Of a stretch of 49,768 bases of DNA, positions 1-9,443 are shown piece by piece. The position numbers and the translations under genes were made by a program. Each line of letters begins with the position of its first letter. Position 1 is the first letter of the stretch. Source of the DNA: a virus (taxonomy: Duplodnaviria > Caudoviricetes); IMG/VR virus record IMGVR_UViG_3300022178_000003, positions 1 to 49,768 of that record. The stretch is one strand, 5' to 3'. The notes under the pieces were generated by a model. The model saw nothing but the letters and a program-made list of their open reading frames with translations, was not told where the DNA came from and ran no database searches.

Positions 1-90
1 TACAATCACGCCTTTGGAGTAAATGCAGGTTACGCAATAACAACTGGTTCGACTAACATAGCTATAGGAAACGCGGCTTTAAGTACCGCT
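1..90. repeat. Terminal 90-bp exact direct repeat (circular assembly overlap), copy 1
   Basis: 1-90 is identical to 49679-49768; the reading frame of the tail fibre gene is continuous across the join. Confidence 0.95.
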
Positions 91-1095
91 ACAACCGCAA
101 GCGGTAACACAGCAGTTGGACACAGCGCATTAGCCGCAAACACTTCAGGTTCTTCTAACGTAGGAGTGGGTGCAAATGTATTAGATGCTAATACCACAGG
201 CGCTAACAACACAGCCGTTGGTAAAGATGCTTTAACCGATAACACCACAGGCACATATAACACCGCAGTGGGTTCATTATCTTTGGAGAATACAACCACT
301 GGTATTTCAAATACTGCCGTAGGTGGGCAAGCATTACAAGGTAATACCTCAGGCGACTACAACACGGCTATGGGAGTAAATGCACTTGATAAAAACACTA
401 CAGCAGACGGAAATACAGGTATAGCCGCAGGAGCTTTAGCCGCAAATACAACAGGCGCAAGCAACACAGCAGTCGGTCAGAATGCTTTAACCGCAAACAC
501 CACAGGTACACAGAATACAGCAGTGGGTCAAAGTGCAGGCAATACTATTACTACAGGTAACTATAATTTATGTGTTGGATATAACACTGATACTGGTTCT
601 ATTGATTCACAGAGACGCTTTGTTATTGGACAAGATTTTAACGGAACTACAAATAATGCAGTACACATAGGTGCTTCTGGTGGTCATGTTAGAAACGACT
701 TTTTAAGCGATGCCACTTGGGATCAAGTTTCAGATGTGCGTAAGAAAACAAATATTGAAGACAACAGTATGGGCTTAGAGTTTATCAATGGTCTGCGAAC
801 AGTAATCTTTAATTTTAAAGCACCTTCAGAGTATCCCGAAGAGTGGCAAGAATACAATGCCAGTCAGACTGAGCCTGTAGTTAAGGACAAAAAAATAGGT
901 CTTATAGCTCAAGAAGTTAAAGCAGTTATTGATGAATTAGGTATTGAACATTATGACGGTACTTGGGGAGAGAAACCAAACGGACAGCAAGAGATTGGCC
1001 CTTCTGATTATATTTTTCCGCTTATCAAAGCTATACAAGAACTTTCAACTCAACTAGACGCAGCATTAGCTCGCATTGAAACCTTAGAAGGATAA
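1..1095 (+). CDS. Tail fibre, C-terminal part (continues from 45674 across the circular join); 14-aa NTAVG/NTTG repeats plus C-terminal intramolecular chaperone (peptidase S74-like) domain
   Basis: Frame 1 is open from base 1 (YNHAFGVNAG...); repeats NTAVGxxALxxNTTG; SDVRKKTNI...GLIAQEV...LIKAIQEL...RIETLEG matches the S74 chaperone pattern. Confidence 0.88.
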   Translation, partial: YNHAFGVNAGYAITTGSTNIAIGNAALSTATTASGNTAVGHSALAANTSGSSNVGVGANVLDANTTGANNTAVGKDALTDNTTGTYNTAVGSLSLENTTTGISNTAVGGQALQGNTSGDYNTAMGVNALDKNTTADGNTGIAAGALAANTTGASNTAVGQNALTANTTGTQNTAVGQSAGNTITTGNYNLCVGYNTDTGSIDSQRRFVIGQDFNGTTNNAVHIGASGGHVRNDFLSDATWDQVSDVRKKTNIEDNSMGLEFINGLRTVIFNFKAPSEYPEEWQEYNASQTEPVVKDKKIGLIAQEVKAVIDELGIEHYDGTWGEKPNGQQEIGPSDYIFPLIKAIQELSTQLDAALARIETLEG

Positions 1096-1101
1096 ATAAC
1101 C

Positions 1102-1362
1102 ATGACTGAAGAAGTAGAAGTAGTAACACGCACCGAAGAAGAACTAGCACAAGACTACTCAGCAATGGGTGACTCCGTAGCTCTTATTAATACTGTAATC
1201 GCAGGTGACGCTATGGCAGAAGATGATGCCGAAGACCGTCAAGGCTGTGTAGACCGCAACGTACAGCACCTAGAGCTTATGGTTGCTAAAGACGACTGGG
1301 GCAGCGAAGACATGACCGCAGTTAATGCAGCCATCAGTGCAGGAAACGGGTATAGCGCCTAA
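1102..1362 (+). CDS. Small acidic protein, possibly tail-fibre associated
   Basis: 86-aa ORF with AAGGA RBS directly after the fibre gene. Confidence 0.6.
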   Translation: MTEEVEVVTRTEEELAQDYSAMGDSVALINTVIAGDAMAEDDAEDRQGCVDRNVQHLELMVAKDDWGSEDMTAVNAAISAGNGYSA

Positions 1363-1556
1363 TGGACATTATATTCAAAGCCCTAAAGTCTAAGACTGTA
1401 CAGTTCTCAATTGCTTTGGCCATCCTCAGCATACTGCAAGGCTACGTAGGCTTCTTGCCTGTGTCGCCAGCAGGACAAGCCGCTGTTGGTTGTATCATTG
1501 CAAGCTGTGTCACTGTACTGCGCTTTGTGACTGTGGCTCCTATAGCGGAGAAGTAA
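1362..1556 (+). CDS. Small two-TM membrane protein (holin-like)
   Basis: 64 aa, two hydrophobic segments, stop/start coupled to the upstream gene. Confidence 0.55.
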   Translation: MDIIFKALKSKTVQFSIALAILSILQGYVGFLPVSPAGQAAVGCIIASCVTVLRFVTVAPIAEK

Positions 1557-2015
1557 ATGATTGCGGAAATCTCAGCAGTTGTAGGTGTACTTAAGGCTCT
1601 TAACGACGGCATAAAAACCGTCAAAGAGTCTGGAGACCACTTGTCAGGTCTGTCGGGATTATTCACTAGCCTCACTGACAGCAAGGTAGCTGTAGAGAGC
1701 ATTGAAGAAGCCACAAAAGCAGGCGATCATGTACTAACACAGGAAGAAGCGCTGGAGTTGGCGTGGGCTAAGGATGCTATACGGCAGCATGAGAAAGAAC
1801 TAAAGCGCATTACCCCCAAGGCAGTGTGGCGTGACATGCTAATGATACAGAACAAGTCTATTCTAGACCACAAGCATAAACTAGAAAAAATTAGACTTGC
1901 TAAGTTAAAACAACAACGAAAAGTAACTGATATGCTAAAAAACATAGGAGCTACTATTGTTGTTGTTTCTGTATTTGGTGGTATTTTTTGGTTAATAACT
2001 GAAGGTATAATATAA
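1557..2015 (+). CDS. Coiled-coil protein with C-terminal TM helix
   Basis: 152 aa; helical charged middle; IGATIVVVSVFGGIFWLI at the C-terminus. Confidence 0.6.
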   Translation: MIAEISAVVGVLKALNDGIKTVKESGDHLSGLSGLFTSLTDSKVAVESIEEATKAGDHVLTQEEALELAWAKDAIRQHEKELKRITPKAVWRDMLMIQNKSILDHKHKLEKIRLAKLKQQRKVTDMLKNIGATIVVVSVFGGIFWLITEGII

Positions 2016-2191
2016 TGGCTGTAGAAGAATCAGTAAAAGAAACGGTAGACGTAGTAGCTGCTTCAACAGGCATACTTTCTTTAGTTGCTTGGTTACCGCC
2101 TACAGCCTCATTGTTTACTATTATATGGTTAGGTATAAGGATATACGAATCAGATACTGTTCAAAAACTTGTAAATAAAAATAAAGAATGA
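2015..2191 (+). CDS. Small membrane protein, 58 aa (not in ORF track)
   Basis: Manual translation MAVEESVKETVDVVAASTGILSLVAWLPPTASLFTIIWLGIRIYESDTVQKLVNKNKE; TAATG and ATGA overlaps with both neighbours. Confidence 0.7.
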   Translation: MAVEESVKETVDVVAASTGILSLVAWLPPTASLFTIIWLGIRIYESDTVQKLVNKNKE

Positions 2192-3213
2192 AATTTTATA
2201 TACTAACATCTAATAACTATAAAGGACTTATGCGTCATTTTGATCCTGAATATAGTCACATACAAAAAGAAGATGCAGTTGTAATTATTAATAGTTTAGA
2301 CAGTGCATACATTGAACAAGCTAAAAACTTTTGTATTGTAAAAGATATTAAATATTATATCACAGAAAGCAACGGAAGTCCAGCAAAAGGTAAAAATAGT
2401 TTGTTAGACATTTTTTTAGAATCTAATAATGACTATTGTGTCATGATAGACGGCGATGATTTTTTAACTCCGCATGGTGTTTGGATGTATAAGCACTTAG
2501 CGGGATTAGAAACTCCCCCGGACGCAGTATGTTTAATTAATCAAACGTCTTTACGTTATCAAAATGATGTGTTATACTCCGTAAATCCTTTTACTGTAGA
2601 CTATGAAGATCTTTTAAGCTCTGATTACTATACAATGTTTAAACATGATCTTGGGTTGAGCCACGAAAAATCTATGTACTTTCATAATCTTCATAACAAA
2701 TACTATGCAGAACAGCAAAAGTACAGCGAAGGCTCTGAAGTACATTGTCGTGTTACATGGATGAGCAAAAAGGCTGCTCAGTTTAAATTTGATGAGGATT
2801 TAATTGTAGGCGAAGACACGTTGCAAATGTTGCGTTTAAAGCACGAAGCTTTAGAAGGACGTTTAAATTTATATACTACAAACGAAAACCCTGCAACATA
2901 TGTATACGATGAAAGAGAACCCGGAACTGTAATGCTAGAGTCTAGTTTTGGGACTGATTATGAATGGATGGATGTGTATCTCAATGCTCTTGAAGAAATG
3001 AAAGAAAACAATCAACTGCATTTGAATACATGCCTTCCAGAGCTAAAAATAGAATATCCTCAAGATTATGTTTATAACGATCTTGAATTAACAGAGCCTC
3101 ACGTACATGAACTACAGGAAGCTCATCTAGTGTTTCCACAAAACGCTACAGATAACTCAATACAGAAGTGTTATGAGTTTTTAAAATCTTTAGACAACAA
3201 AAAAGCTGCATAG
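2188..3213 (+). CDS. Putative GT-A fold glycosyltransferase
   Basis: ESNGSPAKGKNSLL, DYCVMIDGDD (DxD motif) and later GED; AT-rich coding sequence. Confidence 0.6.
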   Translation: MKFYILTSNNYKGLMRHFDPEYSHIQKEDAVVIINSLDSAYIEQAKNFCIVKDIKYYITESNGSPAKGKNSLLDIFLESNNDYCVMIDGDDFLTPHGVWMYKHLAGLETPPDAVCLINQTSLRYQNDVLYSVNPFTVDYEDLLSSDYYTMFKHDLGLSHEKSMYFHNLHNKYYAEQQKYSEGSEVHCRVTWMSKKAAQFKFDEDLIVGEDTLQMLRLKHEALEGRLNLYTTNENPATYVYDEREPGTVMLESSFGTDYEWMDVYLNALEEMKENNQLHLNTCLPELKIEYPQDYVYNDLELTEPHVHELQEAHLVFPQNATDNSIQKCYEFLKSLDNKKAA

Positions 3214-3228
3214 CGAAAGGATAAATAA

Positions 3229-6200
3229 ATGAGCAAGAAAAGAAAACTAAGAGATACTAAAAAATCTTTGAAGCAATTAAAAGCTAAACGAGCCAACTAT
3301 GCAGCAGGCGGTTATGGATATGGTGGTGGTAGTTCAAGTTCAAGGGAAAGGCTTGTAAGAATGGTTCCTATAAAAGAAGAAAGAGATACTGCTTCTAACG
3401 AAAGAAACGTTATGGCTCCTCAAGTAATGACAAGAGGAGAAGACGGGAATATGTATCCTAATCCAATAGCAGCCGCAGAAGCTAATGAAAGATATGCAGC
3501 ATCTCAATCTTCTCGTACTTCTAGAACAGGTCTTCCTACTAGTCGAGGCACAGGTAATCTTAATAATACTACATCTTATATTTTTGATGGTGTGGATTTT
3601 AGTGGGGTTTTACCACAAAATTCTGAGTCTTCTGAGTCTTCTGAAGCGCCTGTTGGGATGCCTATATATGATCCGGGCAGACCTGAGCTTAGACAAATGC
3701 AAGCCGTTAAAACTGGCATTGGGGCTGCAAGCACTAGTTCTATAGAAAGTTTAAAACGTGCTGCTGGTTATGGGGATCGAGGAGCCGCTGAAGCTTTACG
3801 CGGCTATGGCATTTCTACAGATATTCAGCGACTAGCAAATATGAAAGACATTCAAGCTAAAGCTGTGTCTGCCGGAGAGTTAATAGCAGCACAAGGAGAG
3901 GCAGCACAAGCTGATGTTGCAGGCGTAGCATCTCAAGCAGATCAATATGCAGATAAGTATGTAGAGCAATATCCTGAATGGAATGCAAAGCAAAAAGCTG
4001 AAGCAAAACAATGGGCGTACAACCAAAGAACTGGTGTTAAGTCTCCTATGCCTTCATGGTTAATGAATTCAGATTTCTTAAAAGGCATTGAAGCTGCTAA
4101 TAACATGGAGTATGACACAACTTCAAGAGAAGCTACAAGCTACGAAGCCGCTAAAGCTGAACGCTTAACAGACACTAAAGCCGCACAAGGCGAAGTATCA
4201 GTAACAGCTGAAGCAGACCAAGCAACAGCGGCTACAGTAGATACCGCACAACGTGACAAAGCTGCCGAAGAAGCTGCAATGGGCGTTGCGGCTACGCGCC
4301 CTGAAGAACGTGATTATGCAACAGCGGTTACAACTGATGAGCGGTTTACTGTTGATGAACCTGAAGATATAGATGTCACTACACGCGAAGCTCAAGTAAT
4401 TTCTCAAGAAGAAATGGATCGATTGAGTCAGATAGCGCAAGAGCGTGGTGTAGATGTTAGAGACATTCCAGAATACGAACTAGCTCAAACACGCCAAGTA
4501 CAGGTAGGCCAAGCAGCTCAAATGGGCTATACGCCCCGTTTAGGCGAAACACCCGAAGCAGTCGTTGTACGTGCAGAAACCTATGGAGCTGACTTTACGC
4601 CCCAAGGCGGTAAGACAGAAATAGATGCAATTCCTGCATACATCAAAGCTTCTAAGCGTGTTGCACAAGTAGGCGAAGCTTCACAGCGTATTGCAGCTGA
4701 GCTGGGCGATGTGCCTTCAACAGACTTAGAAGGCCGTCAAGCTATTACAGGCGAAGCTCCTAAAGGAGACGCTGCACAGATTGGCGGTATACCTACAATG
4801 GCTGCCGCAACTATGCAAGCGGTTACAGGCCAAGAGCGTACAGTAGCTGCCGCAGATATGATGGAAGTTGTTGCTGATGTCCCGCCCGAAGTTACAGCGG
4901 CTGTTGCACAAGACCCAGCAACTGTTGAAGCTCAGATAGATTCTGGCGAAGACCCTAAAGTAACAGCAGCTGTTGCAGCACTACCAACAGAAGCTCTTGT
5001 ATCTACACAGATGGAAGGCTTGTTAGCAGGTATGGAAGACGGAGAGACTCCTGCATGGGCTAGACCAGCTGTTGCAGCTATAGAGTCTCAAATGGCCCGT
5101 AGAGGGCTTTCTGCTTCTTCTGTAGGTCGCGATGCACTCTTCAATGCTATTATTCAAAGTGCATTACCAATGGCTCAGAGCAATGCTCAGGCACTACAAG
5201 CTAGAGCGCAACAAAATCTTAGCAACGAACAACAGGCTAACCTAGCTTCTGCGCAAAATACCATGCAGGTTCGTATGCAAAATCTGGCTAATCGTCAGAC
5301 CGCTGCATCACAAACAGCAGAAATGGCACAGCAGATTAAAGTACAGCAAGGAACTTTTGAACAACAAGCAGTAATGACTACTGCGCAACAAGCTCAAGAA
5401 ACAGCTCTTGCAAACGCTCAAATGGCTCAGCAACGCGCACAGCAAGAATCTTCGCAGCGCCAGCAAGCAGCTATCTCGCAGTTAAGTACTAGTTCCCAGT
5501 TAGATCTTGCAAACTTACAAGCTCTTAATGCAGCAGGCGCACAAAATCTAAACGCTGAGCAGCAAGCTAAACTGCAAACATACAATGCACAAGTAAATAA
5601 AATTGTACGTCAAGCAGACTTAAATCAGGACATGGAAAAAGCAAACCTGTCTCCTGCTCTTCAGGTTGAGATGCAAAGAATCTCTGAAATTAACGCAGCT
5701 GCTAAAGATACAATGACAGCAGAACAAACTGAGCGGTTAACAAACCTTCAGGCGTTAATTGATTTCCGCAAAACAGATGCATCTTTTGCGCAGCAGATGG
5801 ACATGGCTAACATGTCTAATGAGCAGCAGATAGAACTAGCTATGCTTCAAGATAGGGCCGCTACAGATTCTGCAAACTTTACAGCTGATAATCAATTTAG
5901 ATTGCAAGAGCTGAATAATATTGTTTCGCGATCTACGCGCCAAGCTGAACTAAATGCACGTATGGAAGAAGTAAACCTAGATGCAAGTTTAAAAGTAGAA
6001 CTATCTGAACTTGCTGAAAAGAACACTACTTCCCGTGCAAACATGACAGCAGAGCAGCAAACAAGACTTGCAAACTTACAAACTCTTGTAGACTTCCGCA
6101 AAACTAATGCAGCTCTGGCTCAGCAAATGGATACTGCAAACCTTGCTAACGAACAGCAAATGGAGCTTGCAAATCTTCAAGAGCGTTCAGCTACTGATGC

Positions 6201-7422
6201 AGCTAACTTTACTGAATCTAACCGCTTTAGAATGCAAGAGTTGAATACGCATGTACAGGTTATGTCGCAGAACGAACAGCTTAAGCAAAACGCTGACATG
6301 GCTAAACTGTCTATGCAAGAAAAAATTAGTCTTGCAAACTTGACGCAAAAGAACGCAGCAGATTCAGAAAGCATGAGTGCAGAAAATGTTGCTGAGCTTC
6401 AGATGTACGAAAAGAAAATGGCAGCTGGTCAGCTTAATGCACAGCTTGCACAACAGATGGGCCTTGCAAATTTAAGTAACGAGCAATCTGCTGCGATGTT
6501 TAACGCACAAATAAACGCTAATTTAGATATGAAGCAGTTTGATGCTAATCAACAGATGGCGCTTGCAAATAGTCAGTTTATGCAAACTATGACAGCTACG
6601 CAGTTTAGCGCGGATCAACAGTCAGCTATTCAAAACGCTACAATGTTGACACAAGTAGACTTAGCTAATGCTGATGCAAGGACTCGTGTGTCTGTAGAAA
6701 ATGCTAAGAACTTTTTAACTATGGACATGGCTAACCTTAGCAACAAGCAACAGGGCATTGTTATGGATCAACAGATGGCTCAACAGGCTTTGTTATCTGA
6801 TCAGGCCGCTAAAAACGCCGCGCTTCAGTTTGGCGCAACATCTCAAAACCAGATGGATCAGTTTATGATCAGTCAAGCTAATAACATGGCGCAGTTTAAC
6901 ACTAGTGCAACAAACGCTATGAGGTCTTTTAATGTAACTGAATCAAATCGCATGGCAGCTATTGAAGCAGGCAACACACTACAAGCCGATCAGTTTACTG
7001 CGCAGCTTGAAGCAGACATCAATAAGTTTAATACTTCTATTGATACGCAGCGAGACCAGTGGAATGCAGCAAATGCACAGGCTATTGAGCAGTCTAATAT
7101 TCAGTGGCGTAGACAAGCAAACACTGCCGATACAGCAGCAGCTAATGCGGCTAATCAGCAAAATGTTCAAAATGCTTATAACATTTCTGCGCTAGATCAG
7201 ACTCAAATGTGGCAGCAACTGCGCGATGAAGCCGCTTATATACGGCAGAGCTACGAAAATAATGAGCAGCGGGAAGCACAGTTAATTGCAACGGCTATTG
7301 GAAATGAGAGTGCAACAAGCAGCAAAGACACAGGAACAACTACAGCTTCGTTGATAAAGATCTTAGGAAGTTATGGGTATAAATCAGCAACTACACCAAT
7401 TACGTATGCAGGCGGAGGATAG
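3229..7422 (+). CDS. Large Gln/Ala-rich internal virion (ejection) protein
   Basis: 1397 aa; long Q/A/N/M-rich coiled-coil with 55-aa periodicity; located in the late virion block. Confidence 0.65.
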   Translation: MSKKRKLRDTKKSLKQLKAKRANYAAGGYGYGGGSSSSRERLVRMVPIKEERDTASNERNVMAPQVMTRGEDGNMYPNPIAAAEANERYAASQSSRTSRTGLPTSRGTGNLNNTTSYIFDGVDFSGVLPQNSESSESSEAPVGMPIYDPGRPELRQMQAVKTGIGAASTSSIESLKRAAGYGDRGAAEALRGYGISTDIQRLANMKDIQAKAVSAGELIAAQGEAAQADVAGVASQADQYADKYVEQYPEWNAKQKAEAKQWAYNQRTGVKSPMPSWLMNSDFLKGIEAANNMEYDTTSREATSYEAAKAERLTDTKAAQGEVSVTAEADQATAATVDTAQRDKAAEEAAMGVAATRPEERDYATAVTTDERFTVDEPEDIDVTTREAQVISQEEMDRLSQIAQERGVDVRDIPEYELAQTRQVQVGQAAQMGYTPRLGETPEAVVVRAETYGADFTPQGGKTEIDAIPAYIKASKRVAQVGEASQRIAAELGDVPSTDLEGRQAITGEAPKGDAAQIGGIPTMAAATMQAVTGQERTVAAADMMEVVADVPPEVTAAVAQDPATVEAQIDSGEDPKVTAAVAALPTEALVSTQMEGLLAGMEDGETPAWARPAVAAIESQMARRGLSASSVGRDALFNAIIQSALPMAQSNAQALQARAQQNLSNEQQANLASAQNTMQVRMQNLANRQTAASQTAEMAQQIKVQQGTFEQQAVMTTAQQAQETALANAQMAQQRAQQESSQRQQAAISQLSTSSQLDLANLQALNAAGAQNLNAEQQAKLQTYNAQVNKIVRQADLNQDMEKANLSPALQVEMQRISEINAAAKDTMTAEQTERLTNLQALIDFRKTDASFAQQMDMANMSNEQQIELAMLQDRAATDSANFTADNQFRLQELNNIVSRSTRQAELNARMEEVNLDASLKVELSELAEKNTTSRANMTAEQQTRLANLQTLVDFRKTNAALAQQMDTANLANEQQMELANLQERSATDAANFTESNRFRMQELNTHVQVMSQNEQLKQNADMAKLSMQEKISLANLTQKNAADSESMSAENVAELQMYEKKMAAGQLNAQLAQQMGLANLSNEQSAAMFNAQINANLDMKQFDANQQMALANSQFMQTMTATQFSADQQSAIQNATMLTQVDLANADARTRVSVENAKNFLTMDMANLSNKQQGIVMDQQMAQQALLSDQAAKNAALQFGATSQNQMDQFMISQANNMAQFNTSATNAMRSFNVTESNRMAAIEAGNTLQADQFTAQLEADINKFNTSIDTQRDQWNAANAQAIEQSNIQWRRQANTADTAAANAANQQNVQNAYNISALDQTQMWQQLRDEAAYIRQSYENNEQREAQLIATAIGNESATSSKDTGTTTASLIKILGSYGYKSATTPITYAGGG

Positions 7423-7425
7423 ATA

Positions 7426-8802
7426 ATGGGCTTATTTAGTAAAATTTGGAAAGGCGTTAAAACAGGTGTCAAAAGTATTGGCAAAGGAATTAAAAGCGCG
7501 TTTAAAAAGTTTGGCAAGTTTATGAATAAGATTGGCATACTTGGTCAAATAGCTATGATGTTTATTTTGCCGGGAATTGGTCAAGCTTTAGGGTCGATGT
7601 GGACAGGCATAGCGGGCCAGACAGCCGCTCAAGGAGCCGCCGCTGCCGCTTCAGCCAGTGCGTCTGCTGTAGCCGGAGCCACTGCCGCAGGGGCTACAGC
7701 TAGTGCCGCTGCTGCCGCAGGCGCTACAGCCGCCGCAGGTGTTTCAACAGTTGCTTCAGGTTTAGCAGGTTATACTGGAGCTTTATCTGGCGTAGCTAAT
7801 GCGGCAGGAAACATGATGCGGTTTGTTAGCAGTACTGTTGGTAAAGCAGGAACAGTGTTTAACAATATTACTCAGGGCATTACTGAAACTCTTGGAAACT
7901 TTGCAAAAACTGCGGGTAAAAAACTAGGCTTTAAAGGCGACATGTTTGCAAATGCAGCAGACAATTTCTTTGGCCCCGGAAATAGCGCGTCTTCCAGAAG
8001 TTTTGGAGAAGCATCTAGGTTTGGAAATTTAACAGAGTCTAAAAGTTTTTTTACAGCTAGAGACACTCAGTATGAAAAAGCATTTAAAGCTACAGCAGAT
8101 GACGCATCTAAAGCAATTACTGACACGCCTGTTAAATCAACGGATATGCAAGGAAGTACAACAACAGACAACAACTTTAGACAAGCAAGCATGGACACCG
8201 CTCCTAAGATTTCAAACGATCCTCTTAACGATCTTTCCGAAAGACAGATAAATGACTATGCCGCTCAAGTAACAGACAAAGAATGGATAGATCAAGGCTT
8301 CTCACTTAAAGGTCAAATGGGAGATATTGAATATAAGATGGGCGATAAAAACTGGTATGTCTCTCCTGAAAATCTTTCTAAAATGGACAACTCTCAACTA
8401 TTTGAATCTTTTCAAACAGGTAAAATGAGGGGAAGTGCATTCTCAGAAGGTGTAAAAGATTTAGGTCAAAACTTCTTAGACTTGCCTAAAAATATGTACA
8501 ATGAAGGAAGAAGTTTTTTAAGCAACCCATTAGAAGGAGCTACTGGTAAGTTACAAAATAAAGCAGTTACTAGAGTCGCTCAAGAAATGGGTCTTGAAGA
8601 AAAGCCAGTATATAATCAGTATGCTTATGCCGCTGCTATACCTACGTTTCAAACAGCAGACGTAGGCACTTATGGCGCTCCAGAACTTATGAATGCTCGC
8701 GCTTTTGAACAACAGGTAACGAACAATCCAATGCCTTATGGCTATACCGCTTTTCAGTATGACAGCTATATGAAGCAATCTAACCAGTATGGCACAGCAT
8801 AA
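7426..8802 (+). CDS. Ala/Gly-rich internal virion (ejection/pilot) protein
   Basis: 458 aa; N-terminal basic amphipathic helix, hydrophobic segment and poly-Ala/Gly tract. Confidence 0.6.
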   Translation: MGLFSKIWKGVKTGVKSIGKGIKSAFKKFGKFMNKIGILGQIAMMFILPGIGQALGSMWTGIAGQTAAQGAAAAASASASAVAGATAAGATASAAAAAGATAAAGVSTVASGLAGYTGALSGVANAAGNMMRFVSSTVGKAGTVFNNITQGITETLGNFAKTAGKKLGFKGDMFANAADNFFGPGNSASSRSFGEASRFGNLTESKSFFTARDTQYEKAFKATADDASKAITDTPVKSTDMQGSTTTDNNFRQASMDTAPKISNDPLNDLSERQINDYAAQVTDKEWIDQGFSLKGQMGDIEYKMGDKNWYVSPENLSKMDNSQLFESFQTGKMRGSAFSEGVKDLGQNFLDLPKNMYNEGRSFLSNPLEGATGKLQNKAVTRVAQEMGLEEKPVYNQYAYAAAIPTFQTADVGTYGAPELMNARAFEQQVTNNPMPYGYTAFQYDSYMKQSNQYGTA

Positions 8803-8815
8803 GAGGTTTTAAATT

Positions 8816-9439
8816 ATGGCGACAGTAGAAGAAGAATACAAAAAGATACAGATGAGTGGCAAGCGCCCAATTCCGGGACAGTCGTTAACAAACGATCCTG
8901 AGAAACCTGAGCTTTACGAAAAAGCTCCTGAGTTTGTTTCAGTTCACGCTGCTTCTGAATATATGTTTGGAAAGCTTATTGAGCCAGATGCATACACTTC
9001 AATCATGGAAGCTGTAGACGAAGGCGTGGCGATCATGGACATAACTCAGTCTCTTCTTTTTGTAGAGTTTCAAGAAGGTAAATTTAATCCTGATTTAATG
9101 TTTATGTTAGTTGAACCTGTTGCATATATGATTATTGCTCTTGCTGAAAAATTAGACTTATCTATGGTTATTTATCGTGGTGAAGAAGAAGATGAAGAAG
9201 CAGAACAACAGTTTCTTGGCCTGACTGTTGCAGAAGACAGACTTAAAAAGCTTCAAAAAGCAGGGCAAACTGGACGGGTTCCAGCTAGTGTTATTACACC
9301 TAAGATGGCAGAACAGATAGAAGAGCTTCCTGAGTTACCTGAAGTAGGGACAAACAAACAAAGCTTACTAGGTTCTCCAGCAGACGCGCCTGTTTCCACA
9401 TCACCAGAGAGCTTAATGGCTCCACCACAAGGAGCTTAA
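8816..9439 (+). CDS. Acidic hypothetical virion-associated protein
   Basis: 207 aa with RPIPGQSLT...P.LYEKAPEF; GAGG RBS; lies between internal virion genes. Confidence 0.6.
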   Translation: MATVEEEYKKIQMSGKRPIPGQSLTNDPEKPELYEKAPEFVSVHAASEYMFGKLIEPDAYTSIMEAVDEGVAIMDITQSLLFVEFQEGKFNPDLMFMLVEPVAYMIIALAEKLDLSMVIYRGEEEDEEAEQQFLGLTVAEDRLKKLQKAGQTGRVPASVITPKMAEQIEELPELPEVGTNKQSLLGSPADAPVSTSPESLMAPPQGA

Positions 9440-9443
9440 AAGA

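Noticed and set aside
1-90. 90-bp terminal repeat as a biological direct terminal repeat
   Set aside because: It lies mid-gene in the tail fibre with the frame continuous; an assembler circular overlap is the simpler explanation
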